Below are positions 8,805-17,276 of a stretch of DNA of 32,000 nucleotides, in pieces. Numbering within the stretch: the stretch's first letter is position 1; every line of letters begins with the position of its first letter. The position numbers and the translations under genes are program-made. Origin of the DNA: Cylindrospermopsis raciborskii Cr2010 (GTDB lineage: Bacteria; Cyanobacteriota; Cyanobacteriia; Cyanobacteriales; Nostocaceae); NCBI RefSeq assembly GCF_003367075.2, contig NZ_CP065936.1, forward strand, positions 1,350,001 to 1,382,000, given 5' to 3'. The notes below the pieces were generated by a model. It was not told the DNA's origin and did not search any database. It was given only the letters and a program-made list of their open reading frames with translations.

Positions 8805-9122
8805 ATGATAACCATAGTCATAGTTTTCCTGACTAATATCGTGATTTCACTGATGCTATTATACCTAGCTTGGCAAATGTGGCAACTTAAACACAAGTTG
8901 ACAATAATAGCCAATAATCTAGAAAGTAGGGAATCAGCTAGTTATGGGGTTCTAGCCACAATACGGGATAATATTAATGGAGAACGAGAACAAATTTATT
9001 ATTGGAGACAAAAGCAGCAAATGCTAAAACAGCAACTTCAACAAGCTTGGCAAACCTTTCAACTGGTGAAACTTCTTACCACATCCGCTTGGAGATTATT
9101 AGCTCAGAAAGTGCAAAAATAG
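8805..9122 (+). CDS. Hypothetical protein with an N-terminal TM helix and a Gln-rich coiled-coil tail (105 aa from the ATG)
   Basis: The track ORF starts at TTG 8757, and the first ATG is at 8805 (MITIVIVFLTNIVISLMLLYLAW). The architecture resembles the two downstream genes. Confidence 0.4.
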   Translation: MITIVIVFLTNIVISLMLLYLAWQMWQLKHKLTIIANNLESRESASYGVLATIRDNINGEREQIYYWRQKQQMLKQQLQQAWQTFQLVKLLTTSAWRLLAQKVQK

Positions 9123-9219
9123 CCCATTCAACCCTAAAAGAATTATACTGTTCCTATCCCTAGCTCAAGACTGGGAGTTTTTCGCAAATTTCTGTTATAA
9201 AGAATTAAAATGTCTTAAA

Positions 9220-9579
9220 ATGTCTAATAATCGTTCCGGAATATTTATTGGTGGTGTAATGCTGGGAGCTACAATTGGAGCTTTAGCAGGCTTGCTTGTT
9301 GCACCCCGTACAGGCAAAGAAACCCGTAAGCTCTTGAAAAAATCTGCGGATGCTTTACCAGAATTGGCAGAGGATATATCCACCAGTGTGCAAATACAAA
9401 CAGATAGACTCTCCGCTAATGTAGTTAGAAACTGGGATGACACCTTAGATAGGTTGCGAGATGCGATCGCATCGGGAGTAGAAGCTACACAAAGGGAAAG
9501 AGAGTCATTAAAGAGAGTAAAATCTCATAATGCTGATGAAAATCCAGATCATCTCCACCAAAATCCAGAAAGTCTATAA
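9220..9579 (+). CDS. YtxH domain-containing protein
   Basis: GIFIGGVMLGATIGALAGLLVAPRTGKETRKLLKK is the signature N-terminus of YtxH-family proteins. Confidence 0.7.
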   Translation: MSNNRSGIFIGGVMLGATIGALAGLLVAPRTGKETRKLLKKSADALPELAEDISTSVQIQTDRLSANVVRNWDDTLDRLRDAIASGVEATQRERESLKRVKSHNADENPDHLHQNPESL

Positions 9580-9593
9580 ATTATAGTGTCACC

Positions 9594-10001
9594 GTGATTG
9601 ATCCTTTATTTTGGCTGGGACTATCTTTACTATTAGTAGCTACTAGTCTAAGTGTGGTATTGGTAGTAGCCATACCTGCTGTACAAGAATTAGCACGAGC
9701 TTCGCGCAGTGCTGAAAAGTTCTTTGATACTCTTTCTAGGGAGTTACCCCCCACCCTAAAAGCTATCCGCAATACGAGTTTAGACATCACAGATTTAACT
9801 GAAGATGTCAGTGATGGAATTAAAAGTGCGGGTCAAGTAGTTAGACAAGTAGATCAAGGTTTAAATACTGCTAAAAAGCAAGCTGATAATGTGCAAATTA
9901 GCACTCGCAGTCTCTGGGTTGGTGTGAGAACTGCCTGGAAAACCTTTACCAATCAAGGATCTAATAAACGTAGCCTACAGGGAATCCGCACCAAATCATG
10001 A
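9594..10001 (+). CDS. DUF948 domain-containing protein (YtxG-like)
   Basis: A GTG start lies 14 nt after the YtxH stop. An N-terminal TM helix is followed by AIPAVQELARASRSAEKFFDTLSRELPPTLKAIR, which matches the DUF948 pattern. Confidence 0.6.
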   Translation: MIDPLFWLGLSLLLVATSLSVVLVVAIPAVQELARASRSAEKFFDTLSRELPPTLKAIRNTSLDITDLTEDVSDGIKSAGQVVRQVDQGLNTAKKQADNVQISTRSLWVGVRTAWKTFTNQGSNKRSLQGIRTKS

Positions 10002-10175
10002 CTCAAGCTATACGTATATACCCCATAACTGGCAATTTTTGGGAATATTGGTTTTTGATGGTTTAAGGTGATCAGATTAGGGTAAAGTAAACAATTGTAA
10101 AGAAATATCACTTTTCTCGTAACCTAAAAATAGCAGTTGTTTACTCTCACCTTTAATATTCGTATAGAAAATTCC

Positions 10176-10985
10176 ATGCAGCGTTCTTTTTGCCAAAAAA
10201 TTCTAGTATCCATTGCAGTCTTTGTTTTTGCTGCATCCATTTGGGTAACGAACTCACCATTAGCTCTAGCTTATGAAAATCCCGATTTGCTACCTGATAC
10301 CTTTACCCCAGTAGTTGACCTAGCCAAAACCTTACCTGATCCACAGGAAGAAAAGTTAGTAAAGGAATTAGAGCAGTTTGAGGTGGATACTGGCTGGAAG
10401 TTGCGGGTATTGACTCAATATGACCGGACTCCAGGGAGAGCAGTAATTAAATACTGGGGACTAGATGATAAAAGTATTCTCCTAGTTGCAGATGCACGTG
10501 GTGGTAACATTCTGAGTTTTAGTGTGGGAGATGCAGTTTATGAGCTCTTACCGCGTACATTTTGGATTGAATTACAAACTCGTTTTGGCAATCTCTATTT
10601 TGTGAGGGAGAATGGTGAAGATCAGGCTATTTTACAAGCACTAAATTCGGTGAAAGGTTGTTTAGCTCAGGGGGGTTGTAATGTGGTTCCCGGATTACCC
10701 AAAGAGCAATGGATACTTACCCTCATTACCTCAGCTATTGGCGGGATAATTTGCGGATTTGCAGCCCAACCTCGCAATGATAAACAAGTGTTTGCTTGGC
10801 AATGGGCGTTAATTTTTTCACCGTTGTGGGGAATTTTGTTTATTGCTTTTGGTATTGCTCCTGTGATTACCCGTACCAGTGATTGGGTTCCCTTGGTCCG
10901 CAATATTTCGGCCTTTTTGATAGGTCTGTTGGTGGCTTATCTTTCCCCCGTTTTTAGCCGTCCTGTTTCTAGGAATGAGTCTTAA
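10176..10985 (+). CDS. TPM-domain protein with a signal peptide and C-terminal TM helices (Psb32/TLP18.3-like class)
   Basis: The ATG at 10176 gives MQRSFCQKILVSIAVFVFAASIWVTNSPLALA, which is signal-like. The TPM pattern is EEKLVKELEQFEVDTGWKLRVLT...ILLVADARGGNILSFSVGD. Three hydrophobic helices lie at the C-terminus. Confidence 0.6.
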   Translation: MQRSFCQKILVSIAVFVFAASIWVTNSPLALAYENPDLLPDTFTPVVDLAKTLPDPQEEKLVKELEQFEVDTGWKLRVLTQYDRTPGRAVIKYWGLDDKSILLVADARGGNILSFSVGDAVYELLPRTFWIELQTRFGNLYFVRENGEDQAILQALNSVKGCLAQGGCNVVPGLPKEQWILTLITSAIGGIICGFAAQPRNDKQVFAWQWALIFSPLWGILFIAFGIAPVITRTSDWVPLVRNISAFLIGLLVAYLSPVFSRPVSRNES

Positions 10986-11098
10986 ATTTAGGAATGGTGA
11001 AGTTGTTCATTTTTTCCTCACGCTGAATTTTTCCATAATTTCAGTGTTTGTATTAATGATTGAATTTCACCATGCCACCAGTTTTTAAAAACTATAGT

Positions 11099-12451
11099 CT
11101 AAAAAAGGCTATCAATGGTTTCGTAGTCATACTCTGCTATAACTTCATTAAAAACTGCTGTAGCTGTATCTCCATCTAGTTCTAAATCCCCTGCTAATTG
11201 AGACCAATATTCATATTCTTCATCGGTGAAGTATTCGTCAGCAATAGCAAACTCCACAGACATTTGAAAAGCTTCTATTGCTGCATCTTCAGCAAGAATA
11301 ATTTGTATGGCAGCATTATATAGCATTTCTAATCCACCAATTTCTACCAGACTATCAATTTTTTCTTGCAGCAGTTCTGTGTCAATCTCATAGGTTTCAT
11401 ACAGTCCCATCAATAACTCTGATTCTTCCTCAGACAAGTCATCTACAGACGCACCACATAAACAAATTACTGCGATCGCTTCTACTAGTGTTAAATAACA
11501 GCTTTCCTCTTCTTCTTGTTCCTCTTCCTCATAAAATTCTTCGTCAAAATCCTCATCCTCCTCCACCCAAACATCAGCAGTTAAATCAAAGTCTGTTGTC
11601 CCTTTAATTTTCCAGCATTCAAAGCAGAGGTCTGGGTTGGTCATATACTCATAAGGAATATAGCAATATCCTGAGTCCCCCCATTCCTCACCCCAGGAAT
11701 TCCGGACAATAAATACTTGAGCACTATCCTTATATCCAACGCAAAGCATAGCGTGATTCCCATGCTGTTCTCTACCCTCATCACTATTTAGATCTGGCAT
11801 AGGAACTCTCCCCTGGGCTGTAACACGATCAAAAGATTTAAATAAAACTAGCCCAAAAATAAAAGGATATCCTTCTGCTAAGCAGTGCTTCATTGAGTAT
11901 ATGTCAGGATTAACTTGCTCTGGAGTTTCCCATTGAAAATCCTCAATACTAGTTAGTTCTGCAGCTTCACTGTAAGCCTCATAACTAGGTTTGGTATTGA
12001 CGTTTTTAACTTTGCCATTTTCTGCTATATGATAACTCCAAGTTGACTCGTGACAAATACCCTGCTCTTGCAAACTAACCAATGCTAGGGAAATATTGCT
12101 TCCCTGGTCTTGAATTTTATCACCACCGGAAGCCTCTATTCCTAGCAATCGTGCATTATAATATACAAAAAGACGACTGAAATCAACATCTTTGCCTAGA
12201 CGGTTCATTATATACTCATAGCCACCAACAACTGCATTGGCTGTACAACTGTTGGCACCTGCTTGATTTTCTACAGGGGTCATAAAGGGACGGAGATCCA
12301 CCTGTGGTGGTAGTTCTTCTTCGCTAAACCTCTGTGTATCGTAGAGTTGAGAACCAGGAATTCTTGAAGGGGAGGAGCTACAACCGCTCAGTGCTCTCCA
12401 TTCACCTGTTTTGCGATCTACAACGTAGGATAATACAGCTTTTTTAGACAT
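11099..12451 (-). CDS. Papain-like (C1 family) cysteine peptidase with a poly-acidic linker and a C-terminal TerB-like domain
   Basis: The catalytic motifs are NQAGANSCTANA (oxyanion Gln plus Cys), GNHAMLCVGY (His) and RNSWGEEWGDSGY (Asn/Trp). The linker is EEDEDFDEEFYEEEEQEEEE. The tail has two ...A.(A/V)D..(L/F)(S/T).EE... repeats of TerB type. There is no signal peptide. Confidence 0.8.
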   Translation of the reverse strand: MSKKAVLSYVVDRKTGEWRALSGCSSSPSRIPGSQLYDTQRFSEEELPPQVDLRPFMTPVENQAGANSCTANAVVGGYEYIMNRLGKDVDFSRLFVYYNARLLGIEASGGDKIQDQGSNISLALVSLQEQGICHESTWSYHIAENGKVKNVNTKPSYEAYSEAAELTSIEDFQWETPEQVNPDIYSMKHCLAEGYPFIFGLVLFKSFDRVTAQGRVPMPDLNSDEGREQHGNHAMLCVGYKDSAQVFIVRNSWGEEWGDSGYCYIPYEYMTNPDLCFECWKIKGTTDFDLTADVWVEEDEDFDEEFYEEEEQEEEESCYLTLVEAIAVICLCGASVDDLSEEESELLMGLYETYEIDTELLQEKIDSLVEIGGLEMLYNAAIQIILAEDAAIEAFQMSVEFAIADEYFTDEEYEYWSQLAGDLELDGDTATAVFNEVIAEYDYETIDSLF

Positions 12452-12577
12452 AAACTCTGATGTGGATTGCCCACAAAAATAATTATCAAAATTCTATATT
12501 AGGTATGCTATGAAATGTCACACAAAAAATTTGTAATTCCTCAATAATTCCCTGGTAGATTCTATAACCTCATGCTT

Positions 12578-13234
12578 TTAATTTGGACTAGGTTCAGCAA
12601 ATGAATGATTAATCGCTTCCAGCAGTTCCCTGGGATGATCAATCAAAAAGTCAGGATTTTCCCTAGCTAGTGCTTCAGGAGAATTAAACCCCCAAGTAAC
12701 TGCTATAACTTGCACATTGGCTTTTTTAGCTGCTTCTATGTCTCTGGTTTCATCACCTACATAAATGACAGTCTGGGGCTTAATTTGTCTTTGTTTAATT
12801 ACACTACTCATGATAGTATTCTTACCAAAAATTGTTACCCCCGAATGAACAAATTCAAATAGATTGTCCAACTGATGACACTTGAGAAATTGATGGACAT
12901 TCTCTTGTGCATTAGAGGTAATAATCCCTAATTTATATCCCTGATTACTTAGCTCTCTTAGTGCTTCAGGAATTTCTGGTATGGGTTGTAAATCCTTGAT
13001 TTTATTTTTTAATTCTCCTTTCACTCTTTTAACTAAAAAGGGTATTTTAAATAGGGATACACCTGAATACTTAATAATTTGTCTAGCAGTTAAATTTCTT
13101 AATAGTTTTAATTCCTTAGCAGATATTTGCATATAGCCAAACTCCCGGGCTAGACGATTAGCAATTGTTACCAAAGCGTCTAATGTATCTGCAATTGTGC
13201 CATCAAAGTCAAAGATGATTACTTTTTGAGTCAT
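12578..13234 (-). CDS. HAD-superfamily hydrolase (phosphoglycolate-phosphatase-like subfamily IA)
   Basis: Motif I is IIFDFDGTIADT, motif II is IITSN, and motif IV is YVGDETRDIEAA. Confidence 0.8.
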   Translation of the reverse strand: MTQKVIIFDFDGTIADTLDALVTIANRLAREFGYMQISAKELKLLRNLTARQIIKYSGVSLFKIPFLVKRVKGELKNKIKDLQPIPEIPEALRELSNQGYKLGIITSNAQENVHQFLKCHQLDNLFEFVHSGVTIFGKNTIMSSVIKQRQIKPQTVIYVGDETRDIEAAKKANVQVIAVTWGFNSPEALARENPDFLIDHPRELLEAINHSFAEPSPN

Positions 13235-14183
13235 TATTTAGTTTCAATGTGGTAAGATTAGCACGGGCATTTCTACGTAACATTTTTGGTTTAATCCGTC
13301 TCAAAGCTGATGCAGGAAATTTTTCACTCCACTGCTCATCAGTGATCCCCGATAATTCTACCAGATTGGGTGCTAAATTTCCAGGATAGGGATGAAAATC
13401 TACCACATCTGTTACTTGAGAAAACCGCTGATTCCAAGGACAAACATCTTGACAAATATCACAACCAGCAACCCATCCTTGTAAATTTCTTTCTATGTTT
13501 GTTGGCAGGGTTTCTCCTCTATTTTCAATGGTATGATAGGCAATACACTTATTGGCATCTACAACAAATGGCTGGGTAATTGCTTGTGTTGGACAAGCTT
13601 CTATACATCTATTACAAGTACCGCAGTGTTGGGTAGCTGGAGTATCTCCCTCTAATTCTAGATTAGTTAATACTTCACCTAAAAATACCCAGGAACCATA
13701 TTCCCTAGTAATCACATTACCGTTTTTGGCAATCCAGCCAATACCCGCTTTCTCAGCCCAAACTTTGTCCTGTATGGGTCCTGTATCCGCATAATATCTG
13801 GCTTTTATACCCTCACCCTGTGATTCTAACCAGGTGGCTAATTGTTTGAGCTTTTTATGCAGAATTCTATGATAATCTCTCCCCCACCCATAACGGGATA
13901 TCTTCCCATACTCTCCCCCCAGGGGACGGGAATGGGGTGTATAATAGTTTATCGCTACACAAACGAGCGATCGCACTTCTGGCATGAGTAATTTTATATC
14001 TTCCCGTTTTGGATTGGTCATCCAATCCATGTCAGCATGATAACCCAGACTTATCCATTTCCTCAACCTTTCCTTTTCTTTACTCTCCACCCCCAATACA
14101 ACTGCGACACCAACTTTATGGAATCCTAATTTATAGGCTTTTTCTTTAATGGTATGAGTACTTAAGCTAGTTAAAGAGGACAT
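13209..14183 (-). CDS. queG: tRNA epoxyqueuosine(34) reductase QueG
   Basis: The ferredoxin-type clusters CGTCNRCIEACP and CDICQDVCPWN are present. The GWIAKNGNVITREYGSWVFLGE block matches, as does the 324-aa length. The 3' end overlaps the HAD gene start by 26 nt. Confidence 0.85.
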   Translation of the reverse strand: MSSLTSLSTHTIKEKAYKLGFHKVGVAVVLGVESKEKERLRKWISLGYHADMDWMTNPKREDIKLLMPEVRSLVCVAINYYTPHSRPLGGEYGKISRYGWGRDYHRILHKKLKQLATWLESQGEGIKARYYADTGPIQDKVWAEKAGIGWIAKNGNVITREYGSWVFLGEVLTNLELEGDTPATQHCGTCNRCIEACPTQAITQPFVVDANKCIAYHTIENRGETLPTNIERNLQGWVAGCDICQDVCPWNQRFSQVTDVVDFHPYPGNLAPNLVELSGITDEQWSEKFPASALRRIKPKMLRRNARANLTTLKLNNDSKSNHL

Positions 14184-14294
14184 GTGGACACAGGAGTTAG
14201 GTAGTTTGATTATACAACAGATAACAGATAGCGAAAAACCCTAGTCTAAAGTTTGGAGTATAATGGAGTTGTTCCTAAGCAAGGATGAAAAACA

Positions 14295-15077
14295 GTGAAC
14301 CAAGCGGAAATTAGTACTCTCATTAGACAACAAATGGAACAACTAATTGTGGAAGACCCTGTGATCAAGAATTTGATTTTAGGTTCCATGTCGCAATATT
14401 ATATTGGAAGACAAGACGCGGATAGTAAATTCGACCAGACTCTGGCACAATTGCAGTCTTATCAGGAAGAGCAGAATCGTAAATGGGAAGAGCAAAATCG
14501 CCACAATCGTGAAATCATGGCACAATTGCAGTCTTACCAGGAAGAGCAAAATCGCCACAATCGTGAAATCATGGCACAATTGCAGTCTTACCAGGAAGAG
14601 CAAAATCGTAAATGGGAAGAGCAAAATCGCCACAATCTGGGAATTTTAGAAGAAATTAAACAAATGAACCGGAAACATGAAAGTACAGTTGGTTCCCTAG
14701 GTTCGCGATGGGGTTTATCATCGGAAGCAAGCTTCAGAAATGGACTAAAAGGAATTTTAAAAGATTCTTTTGGCGTGGAAGTGTTGAACTTCCTTGATTT
14801 CGACAATGAAGGAGAGGTTTTTGGCAGACCAGACCAGGTGGAAATAGATGTGATTATCAAAAATGGTTTGGTAATTTTATGTGAAATTAAATCCTCGATT
14901 GACAAAGCAGGAATGTATATCTTTGATCGGAAAGTAGCATTTTATGAAAAACATCATCAAAGAAGAGTTGATCGGAAATTAGTAATTTCTCCCATGGTAG
15001 ACCCAAGAGCTTTGTCAGTAGCACAAAACTTGGGGATTGAGATTTATAGCTATGCTGAAGATGTAAATAGGATTTAG
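14295..15077 (+). CDS. PD-(D/E)XK-type protein (DUF3782/DUF1626-like) with a repetitive coiled-coil N-terminal half
   Basis: The C-terminal half has a D...E.K arrangement (RPDQVEIDVII...LCEIKSS). The N-terminal half consists of the repeats QLQSYQEEQNR(KWEEQNR)HNREIMA. A GTG start is preceded by AAGGA. Confidence 0.55.
   Translation: MNQAEISTLIRQQMEQLIVEDPVIKNLILGSMSQYYIGRQDADSKFDQTLAQLQSYQEEQNRKWEEQNRHNREIMAQLQSYQEEQNRHNREIMAQLQSYQEEQNRKWEEQNRHNLGILEEIKQMNRKHESTVGSLGSRWGLSSEASFRNGLKGILKDSFGVEVLNFLDFDNEGEVFGRPDQVEIDVIIKNGLVILCEIKSSIDKAGMYIFDRKVAFYEKHHQRRVDRKLVISPMVDPRALSVAQNLGIEIYSYAEDVNRI
14444..14637 (+). repeat. In-frame tandem repeat (units of 75, 54 and about 65 bp) inside the CDS
   Basis: GGCACAATTGCAGTCTTA(T/C)CAGGAAGAGCA(G/A)AATCG... 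recurs at 14444, 14519 and 14573. Units 1 and 3 carry a 21-bp KWEEQNR insert that unit 2 lacks. Otherwise the units differ by only 1-2 nt. Confidence 0.9.
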
Positions 15078-15502
15078 TAAACCGTCCATAAAGGAATAGT
15101 CGTTTCCAGTTTGAGACAGTTAGCACCATTGACCTGTAAATGATATTCAACCTTATCCATCAACCGATTCATAATCAGCCAACCATAGCCACCTTCTTGT
15201 TTTTGTTCAGGATGGGGAGGGAAGTAGGTGGTTATGTCAAAACCATGTCCATAGTCCCAAACTTCAATAGCTAGTTTCTGATCTGTCAGTTCCAGACGCA
15301 ATAGAATTGGCACATTTGGTTTATCTTTGTGAGCATGACGAACCGCATTTGAATATGCTTCAACTAGTGCAAGACGTAAACGACTGGATTGGTTTGACCA
15401 ATCCAGAGAATCCCTCAAATGTTGTTTTAAGTATGCCAACAACCAGTTTTCGACCGTGTTGACAAAACTTAAATCACTGGGTACATAAAGTTCACTTTTC
15501 AT
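15074..15502 (-). CDS. Anti-sigma regulatory factor / Ser protein kinase (RsbW/SpoIIAB-like HATPase)
   Basis: The protein is 142 aa. The N-box is EAYSNAVRHAH, the G1 motif is VWDYGHGFD and the G2 motif is GGYGWLIMNRL. It starts 3 nt after the upstream PP2C gene stop. Confidence 0.75.
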   Translation of the reverse strand: MKSELYVPSDLSFVNTVENWLLAYLKQHLRDSLDWSNQSSRLRLALVEAYSNAVRHAHKDKPNVPILLRLELTDQKLAIEVWDYGHGFDITTYFPPHPEQKQEGGYGWLIMNRLMDKVEYHLQVNGANCLKLETTIPLWTVY

Positions 15503-15505
15503 CGT

Positions 15506-17182
15506 TTACAAAATTTCCAGAGAGAGAATGGTCTGATCATCTTCTTGGACAGGATTATCGCTTTGAATTTGAGCGATTAGCTGTTCAAGGGACAAAGGTT
15601 GAGGTTGTTCCCGTATAAGTTGCCAAATACCTTCTTGATTTAGTATAGACCAAGTTAGTGCCTGAGTGCCACTGTTATTTTTAATTAGTGATTTGGAGCT
15701 TATTGTTACTTTTGCTTCCGTAATACCGTCGCTCAGAAGTAGAAGGGTGTCTTTTGGAGCGAGAATTAATCTACCAGACTGTGATGACAGCTCAGGGAAA
15801 ATCCCCAGAGGTACACTGCGGGTTGTGAGATATTGAGGTTGGGCTAGAGAAGCTGGATATGACCATAATAGGGGATAAATGTGTCCAGCATTAGCATATA
15901 TGAATTCTCGAGTAGTTTTATTATATTTGGCAATGACAAGAGTAATTAAATAGTTTACACTGATTAGGTCTTCAGCTAGAGCATAGTTGAGATTTTGCAA
16001 GACAATATTTGGCGGTGGTGGTGATTCCTGAGATAATTCACGACGCAAAAGAGAAATAGCACTAGCCATAAATAAAGCTGCAGGTACACCCTTACCGGAA
16101 ACATCACCCACTGCTAACCACAGTTCACCAGATGGATGGAGAAACACCTCAAAAAAATCTCCTCCCACTTCTCGTGCGGGGTAACAGCACGCCTGTATTT
16201 TCAAACCGTCAATTTTTGGTAAAGTTTGACGCAGCAGATTGTTTTGAATTTGACGTGCTACTTGCAGTTCTTGGCGAGTCTGTTCTTGTTTCTCTTTTAA
16301 GCTTTGGTCAAGCTTGGACTGGGAAAGGGCCAGGGATGCTTGTTTGGCTACATCTCCAATCAGTTCTATATCCTCCTGCTCCCATGGTATTTCCACAGTG
16401 CATTTACACAGGGTCATTACGGCTAGTAGATCATCCTGATAAGAAAAGGGAACGATTAAATAATGGGCGTGATTGACCTTATCTGTATATTGAACTACTT
16501 GATATTTTCTCCCCAATATAATTTTTTGAATTAAGCTTAATGACTCCTTGGGTAAGTCAGGGGTTAGACAATCAAAATCACAATACAAAAATATAGATGT
16601 TTTTAGGATATCACCTTCTACTAACCTTAGCAAACAACTACTAGCTGCAAATTTCTCTCCAATTGTAGCTACCATTTTATCAAGGGTACTTGTATAACTA
16701 TGGGAATCTCTAAGTATCTTAGTAATAGCATTAAATAAAGACTCTCTTTTCAAAGCCTGACGTAACTCTCTGGTGCGAGTTTTTAATAAATTGTAAGTAT
16801 CCCTTCCCCGTTCAACTAATGCTCTAAGTTGTTGGGGTTTCCATGGTTTGGTAATATATTTGAATACTCGACCTGAGTTAATTGCATCTACTAAATCTTC
16901 CACATCAGTATAAGCAGTAAGAAGAATGCGAATGGTATCAGGAAAACGTTCAACAATTTGACTAAGAAATTCTGTACCCTTCATATCTGGCATTCTTTGG
17001 TCAGAAATAATCACTGACATTTCTCCCACCTGATCCAAGATAGTCCAAGCATGACTGACACTGTTAGCTTTATAGACTTCAAAATCACGCCAGAAAGTGC
17101 GATACACCAGGTCTAGATTGTCCGGTTCATCATCCACCACCATTAATTTAGGTTTTTGCACATCATTGTCGTAATTAACCAT
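15506..17182 (-). CDS. Response-regulator receiver - GAF-like - PP2C/SpoIIE phosphatase
   Basis: The REC domain shows LMVVDDEPDNL...VIISDQRMPDMKGTEF...KP. A central sensory region of about 150 aa follows. The PPM domain shows GGDFFEVF, AVGDVSGKGVPAALFM and LSDGITEA. Confidence 0.85.
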   Translation of the reverse strand: MVNYDNDVQKPKLMVVDDEPDNLDLVYRTFWRDFEVYKANSVSHAWTILDQVGEMSVIISDQRMPDMKGTEFLSQIVERFPDTIRILLTAYTDVEDLVDAINSGRVFKYITKPWKPQQLRALVERGRDTYNLLKTRTRELRQALKRESLFNAITKILRDSHSYTSTLDKMVATIGEKFAASSCLLRLVEGDILKTSIFLYCDFDCLTPDLPKESLSLIQKIILGRKYQVVQYTDKVNHAHYLIVPFSYQDDLLAVMTLCKCTVEIPWEQEDIELIGDVAKQASLALSQSKLDQSLKEKQEQTRQELQVARQIQNNLLRQTLPKIDGLKIQACCYPAREVGGDFFEVFLHPSGELWLAVGDVSGKGVPAALFMASAISLLRRELSQESPPPPNIVLQNLNYALAEDLISVNYLITLVIAKYNKTTREFIYANAGHIYPLLWSYPASLAQPQYLTTRSVPLGIFPELSSQSGRLILAPKDTLLLLSDGITEAKVTISSKSLIKNNSGTQALTWSILNQEGIWQLIREQPQPLSLEQLIAQIQSDNPVQEDDQTILSLEIL

Positions 17183-17276
17183 ACTACTGGGCTGAAAAAG
17201 GTCAAAAGTTTCCGAAAAACTTGATAAACTAGTGTAAAGTTTGGTGTGAGCTTAGTTTAGTCTAATTTAAAATACG

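Noticed and set aside
13370-13794. Plus-strand ORFs 13370-13579 and 13552-13794
   Set aside because: They are nested antisense to queG, whose Fe-S motifs make the minus-strand frame unambiguous.
14379-14905. Three ORFs (14379-14633 minus, 14404-14649 plus, 14588-14905 minus) with repetitive peptides
   Set aside because: They are alternative-frame or antisense readings of the tandem repeat inside the 14295-15077 CDS. Their repetitiveness is a by-product of the DNA repeat, and they overlap a better-supported gene.
16132-16476. 114-aa plus-strand ORF
   Set aside because: It is antisense to the GAF/PP2C region of the 558-aa response-regulator phosphatase and has no supporting motif.
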